Assembly: GCA_965223845.1 (NCBI GenBank)
Contig: CBDCXR010000004.1
Coordinates: 4,672,001-4,736,000 of the forward strand
Length of the DNA: 64,000 nucleotides
DNA from: Planctomycetota bacterium
Lineage (GTDB): Bacteria; Planctomycetota; UBA8108; SXIK01
Direction: 5' to 3'
The stretch's first letter is position 1, and each line of letters starts with the position of its first letter. The position numbers were made by a program, and so were the translations under genes. Of the stretch, positions 1 through 8,394 are shown in pieces. Under the pieces are notes generated by a model that made no database searches, had not been told where the DNA came from, and saw only the letters and a list, made by a program, of their open reading frames with translations.

Positions 1-447
1 AACGTGACGGCCGACCACACCGCGTCGCCCGAATCCGTCCATCTCTCGCCTCGGCGGGAGGACGATCCGCGTGTGGCCGCGGCGATCTGCGCTCAGTGTC
101 ACGCCCGAGGCGGACGCTCACGCTCTACGGGCAAGCCGTATCCGACTCATTTCGTGGCGGGTGACAATCTCTTTCGCGACTTCGAGATCGATCTCTCGGC
201 CGACGAGCTCCGGGCCGTGTCACTCGTCGACCGTCACGTTCGAGAGAATATCCGGGCGGTCCTGAGTGGCGCATCCTCGGTCACGTGTGTGAGCTGTCAC
301 GACGTCCACAAGCCATCGACCCGGCGACACCGCCGTCTCCCCCGCACGCAATTCTGTACGATGTGCCATCGGGACGGGGAGGACGCGGCTCGAGCCCTCA
401 CCGACTGGAGCTCGACCTGTCAAATCCCACCGGAAGGGAGTCACTGA
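1..447 (+). CDS. Multiheme c-type cytochrome, C-terminal part (5' end outside window)
   Basis: Frame is open from base 1; three CxxCH heme-binding motifs (CAQCH, CVSCH, CTMCH); TGA at 445-447. Confidence 0.8.
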   Translation, partial: NVTADHTASPESVHLSPRREDDPRVAAAICAQCHARGGRSRSTGKPYPTHFVAGDNLFRDFEIDLSADELRAVSLVDRHVRENIRAVLSGASSVTCVSCHDVHKPSTRRHRRLPRTQFCTMCHRDGEDAARALTDWSSTCQIPPEGSH

Positions 448-746
448 TGTCTTCTTCACAACGAGAGCCGGATGCGGCGGGCGCGCCGGTAGAGATCGAT
501 TACGAGAGCTACCCGCAGTCGATGGCGATGGACGAGACGGATGTGAGCCTCCGTGCGTACCTTTCGCGACTGAGCGACGAGCACCTCCGCCGGTACGACC
601 CGGCGTGGACGGACGCCGAAGTGATGGCGTGGGACGGGAACTTTCGCAACGACGGAACTCTCATGCTCGTTTGCTGCGAGCGAGACGTCGATATGGACGA
701 GTTCCGGCGTGTTCTCGCCGAGCACATCGCGGTCCGTTCGCTCTGA
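447..746 (+). CDS. Small acidic hypothetical protein (99 aa)
   Basis: ATG overlaps the cytochrome stop (TGATG), with GGGAG upstream; protein-like composition, contains LVCCERDVD. Confidence 0.7.
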   Translation: MSSSQREPDAAGAPVEIDYESYPQSMAMDETDVSLRAYLSRLSDEHLRRYDPAWTDAEVMAWDGNFRNDGTLMLVCCERDVDMDEFRRVLAEHIAVRSL

Positions 747-809
747 ATTCCCACGCTCCCCGCGATCGCCGACCGGCTGAAGCGGCGCGCGGCGGGGCTC
801 GACGTTCGC

Positions 810-1823
810 ATGCCTCAACCGTCTTACCTCGACGCCGCACGGATCCTCGCGTGGATGCTCGCCCCCGTGGCGGCGGGTTATCTCTGGTGGTCGACTAGCC
901 TCCGGTCGCGAAACGGTGGAGAGGAGCGCGCCGGGTGGATCTCGCGTCACCTCGGGCGAATCGCCCTCGTCGGCTCCGCGGCTCCACTCATGTTACTCGT
1001 CGTTTGGGTCGCGCACGTAGCCGGGCCGAGCGCCGGGCTCCTCCCCTTCGTCGGACTCTCCGTTCACATCGCCGGAAGTGCGGCGGGCTGGGCGATCGCG
1101 CGCTTCGGGGACGCTTCGGGGCGAACACGCGGCGCCTACTTGCTCGGCGGCGGCTGCAGCAACGTGCTCACCTTCGGGAGCATCACGGTCCTGCTCCTTT
1201 TGCGGACGCCCGATGACCCACACGCCGAAACGGCCATCGCGTGTATGGCGATCTACCGGCTCCTCGAGGCGCCCTATTACTTCCTGCTCGCCTGGCCGAC
1301 GGCCGCCGCGATCTCCGCGAGTGATTCCGCCGGCGCCGGCGAACCATTGCGCTGGGGAACACTCGCTCGCCGCGCTCTTTTCGGTCCGAACGCTGCTCCT
1401 GCGATCGGCATCATCGCGGGCGGCGCCCTCAATCTGCTCGACGTTCCGCGCCCCGGCGTGCTCGACGGGGTCTCGGACGTTCTCGTTCGGGTGAACGTCG
1501 TCCTTCTCGGTCTCTCCGTCGGACTGAGCCTCCGAAGCGCGGCCCCGCTCCGTCACCTCGGGGCTTGCATGCACATCTCTGCGGTCAAGTTTCTCGTCAT
1601 GCCCGCCGTGGGATTCGGGCTGGCGTGGTGCGCGGGGTTCGATCCGGCGACACTGCGCGTCGTAGCGATTTGCTCGGCGATGCCCGTTGCGTTCATGGCC
1701 GTTGTCGGCGCCACGCTCTACGAGCTGGACGAAGAGCTCGTGGGATCGTTTTGGCTGTTCACGACGGTGGCGATGATCGCCGTTATTCCCATACTGGCCC
1801 TCGCGCTTCCGCTCGTCGAGTGA
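810..1823 (+). CDS. AEC (auxin efflux carrier)-family membrane transporter
   Basis: About 10 hydrophobic segments; C-terminal KFLVMP and SAMPVAF motifs typical of the family. Confidence 0.75.
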   Translation: MPQPSYLDAARILAWMLAPVAAGYLWWSTSLRSRNGGEERAGWISRHLGRIALVGSAAPLMLLVVWVAHVAGPSAGLLPFVGLSVHIAGSAAGWAIARFGDASGRTRGAYLLGGGCSNVLTFGSITVLLLLRTPDDPHAETAIACMAIYRLLEAPYYFLLAWPTAAAISASDSAGAGEPLRWGTLARRALFGPNAAPAIGIIAGGALNLLDVPRPGVLDGVSDVLVRVNVVLLGLSVGLSLRSAAPLRHLGACMHISAVKFLVMPAVGFGLAWCAGFDPATLRVVAICSAMPVAFMAVVGATLYELDEELVGSFWLFTTVAMIAVIPILALALPLVE

Positions 1824-1868
1824 GACGCGAAGGCACGCATTCGACGGTATCGATCGACACTCGACAAA

Positions 1869-2114
1869 ATGCCACAGAACGAACCGATTCGAGTGGAATG
1901 CTACGCCGCGCGCAAGGGGGACGAGCGGCCCTACCGCATCCATTGGGGCGACCGGACCATAGCGGTCGACGGAATCCTCGAGCGCGCGGTCGAGAGCGGC
2001 GTCGATCCACGAACACCGCTCGTCGAGAAGTTTCTCGTCGTCGGGGACGATGAACGCCTCTACACGCTGCGGCACGACTGCAGCGACGATCGCTGGTGGA
2101 TCGAGGTCCGGTGA
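1869..2114 (+). CDS. Small hypothetical protein, DUF6504-like
   Basis: 81 aa; pattern VECY..GDERP.RIHW....V..ILE...F.V......YTLRHD....W. Confidence 0.6.
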   Translation: MPQNEPIRVECYAARKGDERPYRIHWGDRTIAVDGILERAVESGVDPRTPLVEKFLVVGDDERLYTLRHDCSDDRWWIEVR

Positions 2115-2294
2115 TTTCCCCGCCGTGAATCTCGACACGACCGCGCCCGAAGGTAGGATGCGGGTTCGATGGCTTACGTGTACGGTGACCATGACCTCGC
2201 CACTTGCCGTTTGAAGAGGAGCGTGTCGGGAACGGAATCCGTTCGCGACCGCCGAAGTCAAATCGCGAGCTCAAGAATGAAAGGGGGGCGTGCG

Positions 2295-3314
2295 ATGCGC
2301 ACCACTCGACGACAATTCCATCGCCGCGCTCTCGGTGCAGCCGCGTCCCTCGGTGTCGGCGGATCGTTGAGCGCCGCGCTCAGTGGTTGCGAACTGTTTG
2401 AAGGCGGCGGAGGAGAACCCTTGCCGATCGTCGACACCCACCAGCACCTCTGGGACCTCACGAAGTTTCAGCCGCCCTGGCTCGATGCGGCGCCGGAAGT
2501 TCTACGCCGGAGTTACGTGACGCGCGACTATATCGCCGCGACCCGCGAGCTCAACGTCGTAAAAGCCGTGTACATGGAAGTCGACGTTTCTCCCGCGCAG
2601 CAAGTCGACGAAGCGGAGCACATCATCGCTCTCTCAAGAAGTGCCGATCACCCGACGGTGGCGGCCGTGATCTCCGGGCGCCCCGCGGCAGCGGATGAAT
2701 TTCGACGATACATGCAGCGCTTCGCGGACAGCCCGTACATCAAAGGAGTCCGGCAGGTACTACAAGTTCCCGACGCGCCGCGCGGACTCTGCCTGGAGGA
2801 TGCGTACGTCGAGAGCGTCCGGCTCCTCGGCACGCTCGGGAAGAGCTTCGACCTCTGCATGCGTCCACGGGAACTCGCCGACGGCGTGGAGCTCGCGCGG
2901 CGCTGTCCGGAGACTCAGTTCATTCTCGATCACTGTGGGAACGGGGACCCGAAGGCCTTCCTTCCATCGAACACCGCAACCGAGGAGCCGTGGCACGACG
3001 CCGACGAGTGGCGACGCGACATCGAAGCGTTCGCCGCGCTCGAGAACGTGGTGTGCAAGATCTCCGGGATCGTCGCGCGCGCTCCCGAAGGCTGGGGCCC
3101 CGAGCACTTGGCACCCATCGTCGACGTCTGCCTCGACGCGTTCGGACCGGATCGCGTCGTCTTCGGGAGCGATTGGCCGGTGTGCAACATCACCGCTTCT
3201 CTCGGCCGCTGGGTGGAAGCACTCCACGCGGTGATCGCCCGGCGCTCGGTCGACGATCGGCGAAAGCTCCTCCACGACAACGCGGTTCGGCTCTACGGGC
3301 TAACGGGCGCCTAG
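2295..3314 (+). CDS. Amidohydrolase_2 family (L-fuconolactonase-like), predicted Tat lipoprotein
   Basis: IVDTHQHLWD, ILDHCG, CKISG and FGSDWPV motifs; N-terminal TRRQF twin-arginine motif and LSGC lipobox; start placed at ATG 2295. Confidence 0.85.
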   Translation: MRTTRRQFHRRALGAAASLGVGGSLSAALSGCELFEGGGGEPLPIVDTHQHLWDLTKFQPPWLDAAPEVLRRSYVTRDYIAATRELNVVKAVYMEVDVSPAQQVDEAEHIIALSRSADHPTVAAVISGRPAAADEFRRYMQRFADSPYIKGVRQVLQVPDAPRGLCLEDAYVESVRLLGTLGKSFDLCMRPRELADGVELARRCPETQFILDHCGNGDPKAFLPSNTATEEPWHDADEWRRDIEAFAALENVVCKISGIVARAPEGWGPEHLAPIVDVCLDAFGPDRVVFGSDWPVCNITASLGRWVEALHAVIARRSVDDRRKLLHDNAVRLYGLTGA

Positions 3315-3598
3315 AATCGTCTGTGCGAAGACCAGCTCGCAGCTCTCACTGCTTTTCGCTCTGCCGGCTCGGGACCGGTGCGTTCGTCGGCGGCCGATAC
3401 CGAACTCGCGGTGCAGCGTGCGCCCATCTTACAATCCGTGCGTCCGATGGATCCCGAGAGTCGGCGAGTCTCACGAAGCACCACTCCTTGCCGTGCGTGC
3501 AGCTTGCGAGAGGATCGAAGATCATGGAGGCGCTCGGAGAGATTCGGACGCAGCGTCTGGCCCATTCCTTCGGAGCCACCAAACCGAGGTAGAGCCCG

Positions 3599-3823
3599 AT
3601 GACATTGGGATTCTCGTTCCCTGGTTCCACGGAGATCCTGCTCATCCTGCTCGTGCTTCTCATCGGCACGGGTTTCTGGATTTGGATGCTCGTCGACTGC
3701 GCGACGAACGAGTCCCTCGAAGGGAACGAGAAGATCGTTTGGATCCTCATCATCATCTTCACCAACTGGTTGGGGGCGCTCCTTTACTTTCTCATCTGTC
3801 GTCCCCGAACACGGGATGCTTAG
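3599..3823 (+). CDS. Small membrane protein, PLDc N-terminal domain-like
   Basis: FWIWMLVDC...EKIVWILIIIF...GALLYF pattern; GAGG upstream. Confidence 0.8.
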   Translation: MTLGFSFPGSTEILLILLVLLIGTGFWIWMLVDCATNESLEGNEKIVWILIIIFTNWLGALLYFLICRPRTRDA

Positions 3824-3892
3824 GAGCCGATCCAAGTTTCGTTTAGCCAAGCTGACCACAAACTCCGGTCGTACTCGAACGAGGAGCAAGCG

Positions 3893-5719
3893 ATGACGAA
3901 GCTCATGCGGAAAGTCGCTCCGATCCCGCCGTCGTTCATTCCGATGGTCCTGCTCATCGCCGCGAGTGAACTGTCCGCGCTCGAACCGCCGGTCTATTCC
4001 CATGAAACCCACGTCGCAGCCGAGCCCTTCCGTCTCACTCTCACAACCGAGGAGGCCGGCGCGGAAATCCACTACACGACGAACGGCTCCGCTCCGACGC
4101 CGTCGTCTCTTCGCTATCGAACTGCACTCCGCATCACTCAGACAACGGCGGTGCGGGCCATCGTGGTGCGTGACGGTGAGCAGAGCCCCGAGGTCGCGCA
4201 CACATTCGTCGTGAGCGATGGCCGCGAAACCGACTTCGAGTCTCCGCTTCCCGTCGTCGTCATCGTAGCCGCGCAGGTTTCCCCCGATCCGGAGACCACG
4301 GTCCCCGTCGAGACGATCGAGCTGCGTGCCCCCGACGGCGAACGGACCAAGCTCACCGAGACTCCCGGACTTCGCCGGCGCGCCCTCCTCGCCCTCGCGT
4401 CCGCGACCGCTCCCGGGCGGAAGGGCGGCTACCGCGTCGAGCACGTCGACGACTCCGGCGAATCGACGTCGGTCGAGTTTCTCGGACTCCCGGCCGGGTC
4501 GAATTGGCGCCTCCATGGGTCAACGGTGTTCGACCGCGCTCAGCTCCGAAGCGCCGTCCTCTTCGACGTCGCGCGCGAGGTCGGACTCATCGCGCCGCGC
4601 ACTCGCCACTGCGAGGTGTACGTCACGCCCTACGGCCAGCTCCTCAAAGCCGCCGACTACGCCGGGCTCTACACCCTCATGGAGATGCCTGCCATCGGCG
4701 AGCACCGCGTTCCGATCACGCGCGTGAGCCGCGACGACATCGCCGAGCCCGAGATCACCGGCGGCTATCTGTTCCGCTTCGATCAGTCGCGCGCCGGTGA
4801 GGACGGGCTTCAGATCGGCGAGCAGACCCTCCTCTTCGGCGATCCGATCGAAGACGAGATCGTCCCGCATCAGCTCGCGTGGGTCCGAGCGCATTTCCGC
4901 GCGTTCGATGCCGCGCTGATGTCCGACTCCTACACCGACCCGGAGACGGGATACCCCTCATACATCGACGTACCGAGCTGGATCGACTACCACCTTCTCA
5001 ACACCTTCGCCAAGAATGTGGTCGCATTTCGGGTCGGGGCGTACTTTCACAAGGATCGGGGACAGAAGATCGTCATGGGCCCCCTCTGGGAGCTCGATCA
5101 ATCCCTCGATTCGACCGACGGCCGCGACGACGATCCGGCGAGCTGGTCGGATGAAGGTGCGACCGATTACTTCGGCGCGCCGTGGTGGTCGCGGCTCTTC
5201 GAGGATCCTGCGTTCGCGGCAGAATACGCGAGGCGCTGGCACGAGCTCCGCGCCGGCTCGCTTTCGACGGCGGCGTTCGCGGCGCGAGTCGATGCGCTCG
5301 CGGACAGCATTCGAGAGGCGCAAGCGCGCGACTCTGCGCGCTGGCAGACGACGCCACCCCCCGAGTGGGAGGAGGATGTCGAGCGAATCAAGGAGTGGAG
5401 TTCCCTTCGAGCTTCGTGGATCGATTCGCAGCTCGATCGTCCAACGGGTTCGATCCTACCCGGCGACCTTCACGCGGATGGGACGGTGAACCTAGCCGAT
5501 GCGATCGGGCTCCTCGGCGTCCTCTTTCAGGGGTTCGACTTTCTTCCTTGTGCCGACGACTCCGGGAACAAGCCGCTTCTCGACGCGAACGGCGATGACG
5601 GTGTGAACATCGCCGACGCGATTTGGGTGCTCACCTATCTCTTCGCGAGCGGCTCGCCGCCGGTTCTCGGCGAGATCTGCGTCGATCTCCCGGGATGCCC
5701 CGACGCTTGCGTGCAGTAG
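3893..5719 (+). CDS. Secreted CotH-family protein with Fn3-associated N-domain and C-terminal dockerin-like domain (probable pseudokinase)
   Basis: GAGGAG RBS; signal peptide; IHYTTNGSAPT; YAGLYTLME, YIDVPSWIDY, MGPLWELD; C-terminal GDLHADGTVNLADAI...DANGDDGVNIADAI. Confidence 0.85.
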   Translation: MTKLMRKVAPIPPSFIPMVLLIAASELSALEPPVYSHETHVAAEPFRLTLTTEEAGAEIHYTTNGSAPTPSSLRYRTALRITQTTAVRAIVVRDGEQSPEVAHTFVVSDGRETDFESPLPVVVIVAAQVSPDPETTVPVETIELRAPDGERTKLTETPGLRRRALLALASATAPGRKGGYRVEHVDDSGESTSVEFLGLPAGSNWRLHGSTVFDRAQLRSAVLFDVAREVGLIAPRTRHCEVYVTPYGQLLKAADYAGLYTLMEMPAIGEHRVPITRVSRDDIAEPEITGGYLFRFDQSRAGEDGLQIGEQTLLFGDPIEDEIVPHQLAWVRAHFRAFDAALMSDSYTDPETGYPSYIDVPSWIDYHLLNTFAKNVVAFRVGAYFHKDRGQKIVMGPLWELDQSLDSTDGRDDDPASWSDEGATDYFGAPWWSRLFEDPAFAAEYARRWHELRAGSLSTAAFAARVDALADSIREAQARDSARWQTTPPPEWEEDVERIKEWSSLRASWIDSQLDRPTGSILPGDLHADGTVNLADAIGLLGVLFQGFDFLPCADDSGNKPLLDANGDDGVNIADAIWVLTYLFASGSPPVLGEICVDLPGCPDACVQ

Positions 5720-5770
5720 CCCGAGAGCGATGCCCGTGGTGATCCGTGGCGCGGTGGCTCGACACCGCGA

Positions 5771-7165
5771 TCACTCCGCACGCTTTCGATTCGCCCCCGA
5801 CGCCTTCCGGCCGACCCCTTGGCGCCCCCGCGGCGCCTCGAGCTCGGTCTCGATCCCGCGGTCGCCCTGGCTCTTCATGAACGCCTCGATTCGCGTCTTC
5901 AGGTCGGCGAGTCGCTTCGCCTCCGCGGGATCGGCGGCCAGGTTCTCGAGCTCGTACGGGTCGCGGCGCACATCGTAAAGCTCGAACTCGGGACGGCGCC
6001 GGTAGCCCTCGACGAAACGCCGCGCTCGCGCGTCGGTCTCCGCCTTCTTCGTCCACGAGTCCCAATAGCCGCTCCGGTCGGCGTTGGTCGTGACGATATT
6101 GCGAAACTCGGTTTTGTGATTGAGATTCCAGATCAGCTTGTGCGTTCGCGTTCGGATCGAGCGAATGGGGTAACACTCCGACCCGTTGATGATCCCTCGC
6201 GTCGTGTGAACGCCGTAGACGACATCGCGGTGCTCCTGCGATTCACCGAGCAGGACGGGGAGAAAACTCCGGCCATCGAGATCACGAGCAGGCGTGCCTC
6301 CAGCAGCTGCGATGAGAGTCGGAACGATGTCTACGTACTGCACGAGAGCATGCGATACCGACCCCGGTCGCACTCGTTCCGGCCATCGAACGATGAGACC
6401 GACGCGCAATCCCGTGTCGTAGCACGTCCACTTGGCGCGCGGAAACTGCGCCCCCTGCTCGCTCGTGCAGATGAAGATCGTCCCGCGTTCCTTGCCGCTC
6501 GCCTTGACGATTGCCGCGCACTCGCCGACTTCACGATCAAAGTCCGTGACCTCGGCGTAGTAGCGCGTGAGGCACTCGCGCGTCTCGGGCGTATCGACGA
6601 GCCAAGGGGGAACCTCGAGTGCGCTAGCGTCGTATCGAGACGCGTCACCGGCAGTCCACGGAAGGTGCGGACTATTCGACGCGACCACAAGGCAATACGG
6701 CGGAGCTTCCGTTTTTCCGATGAAGGACGCGAGCGCGTCGCGCTCGACGCGCTCGAAGGGAAACGAAGCCGGCGGCCCGAAGTGGCGTTTCCCGCTGAGG
6801 CCCACGCGGTAGCCGAGATCCCGAAGGTGGTGGACGATGCTTTTCGTCCCCGGCTTCACCCGGCTGTGATTCGGGAAGGCGCCGTTCCGCACCGGAAAGA
6901 GACCGGTGTAAAGCTGCTGGCGGGTCGGCGCACACATCGCGGTCGCCGTGAACGCGTGCGTGAAGCGCATCCCCTCGGTCGCGAGGCGATCGATGTTCGG
7001 CGTGTAGACCTCGGAGTTCCCGTAGCAGCCGGCGTCGGTCCACGTTTGGTCGTCCGCGATCACGATCACGATGTCCGGGGGTCGGGCAGCGGCCGAGGTG
7101 ATCGCCGCAGCGACGCTGACGAAAACGAGAGCGGCGCGCCCGAGTGAAAATCGCAGTCGATGCAT
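5771..7165 (-). CDS. Secreted sulfatase (Cys-type, N-sulfoglucosamine sulfohydrolase-like)
   Basis: Signal peptide; PDIVIVIADD, CAPTR (CxPxR), GKRH, ELYD...DPYELENLA; GGAGG upstream of ATG 7165. Confidence 0.9.
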   Translation of the reverse strand: MHRLRFSLGRAALVFVSVAAAITSAAARPPDIVIVIADDQTWTDAGCYGNSEVYTPNIDRLATEGMRFTHAFTATAMCAPTRQQLYTGLFPVRNGAFPNHSRVKPGTKSIVHHLRDLGYRVGLSGKRHFGPPASFPFERVERDALASFIGKTEAPPYCLVVASNSPHLPWTAGDASRYDASALEVPPWLVDTPETRECLTRYYAEVTDFDREVGECAAIVKASGKERGTIFICTSEQGAQFPRAKWTCYDTGLRVGLIVRWPERVRPGSVSHALVQYVDIVPTLIAAAGGTPARDLDGRSFLPVLLGESQEHRDVVYGVHTTRGIINGSECYPIRSIRTRTHKLIWNLNHKTEFRNIVTTNADRSGYWDSWTKKAETDARARRFVEGYRRRPEFELYDVRRDPYELENLAADPAEAKRLADLKTRIEAFMKSQGDRGIETELEAPRGRQGVGRKASGANRKRAE

Positions 7166-7434
7166 CCCTGATCCTCCGCGGTAGACGGGGTTCATTGTGA
7201 CGCGCGGCTCGCTCGACGTCCATCGGTGTCGAGAACGAGAGCAGGGAGCGGACGGAGTGGAACGGTTGCGCTGGTAACTCCGGGTGGTTCGGGATATGGT
7301 CGGATTGCTCGGGTCACCGATTGCACTAAAGATAGGTATCTGATCTGCCGACGCCGAACACAGCACGCTCTCGATTCGGAACGAACCCGCGTCGACGAGA
7401 GCCGACGACCCTCGCCGAAGGAGCTACTCCGAGA

Positions 7435-8283
7435 ATGCAAGTCGAGCGACGCAGCGACCTGTCGATCGAAGACTTCACCGCCGAATACCTTCAGCCGCGC
7501 CGACCGGTAATCCTCACCGACGCGACCGCCGAGTGGACCGCACACCGCGAGTGGAGCTTCGAATCCCTGCGCGATCGGTGGAAGTCGAAGACGATTCACC
7601 ATCGCGGCCAAGATTGGCAGATGGCGGAGCTCGTCGACCGGATTCTCTCTGCAACCGCGGACAACCCGGTCCACTATCTGAAGAACGTGCACCTCCAAAA
7701 GCAGTTTCCCGAGCTCGTTCAAGACGTTCAGCCTCGCCTCGCCTACGCGGAGCCGAACTGGTTCCGCAGTCCGAGCATGCCTTCTTCGCTCCGGCAGGAG
7801 GACCCGATCCTCGAGCTCTTCGTCGGAGGGCCCGGCACACATATCCGCCTTCACTACGACGAGTACTACATCCACAACTTCATCACGCAGATTTGCGGGC
7901 GGAAAGAGTTTTGGTTCTTCCCGCCGGAGGACGGTGCGTTTCTCTATCCCGATGAGAAGGGCTACCTGTCCCAGATCATGGATCCGAAGGAAACCGACCT
8001 CGAGCAGTTTCCGCTCTACCCGAAGGCGACGCCGATGCGCCTCGTCCTCGAACCGGGAGAAACGCTGCTGGTCCCGGCGGGCTGGTGGCACAAGAGCTGG
8101 CAGCACGAGCCGTCGATTTCGGTCGGTTCGCACTGCGTGAACGCGACGAACTGGCGCTCGTTCGTCGAGGACTACACGGCGCGGAAGAATCGCCCGCGCA
8201 CACTCCGACGCTGGGCTCTTCGTGCACGCCTTTGGTCAGCGGGGCTTTTCGTCCGCGACCGAACTCCGCCCCGCGCGGCTTGA
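7435..8283 (+). CDS. JmjC/cupin-like 2-oxoglutarate-Fe(II) oxygenase
   Basis: LHYD (HxD), GRKEF, LEPGETLLVPAGWWH; AAGGAG upstream. Confidence 0.88.
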   Translation: MQVERRSDLSIEDFTAEYLQPRRPVILTDATAEWTAHREWSFESLRDRWKSKTIHHRGQDWQMAELVDRILSATADNPVHYLKNVHLQKQFPELVQDVQPRLAYAEPNWFRSPSMPSSLRQEDPILELFVGGPGTHIRLHYDEYYIHNFITQICGRKEFWFFPPEDGAFLYPDEKGYLSQIMDPKETDLEQFPLYPKATPMRLVLEPGETLLVPAGWWHKSWQHEPSISVGSHCVNATNWRSFVEDYTARKNRPRTLRRWALRARLWSAGLFVRDRTPPRAA

Positions 8284-8394
8284 GACTCTCACGCTCTCCC
8301 ATCGATTCCCCTCGGCTGATCGCGGTCACACGCGGTATGCTGGAGCAACCATTCATTTGCTCGTAAGTGCGGCGTCGATTGCTCGAGGGAGGGT

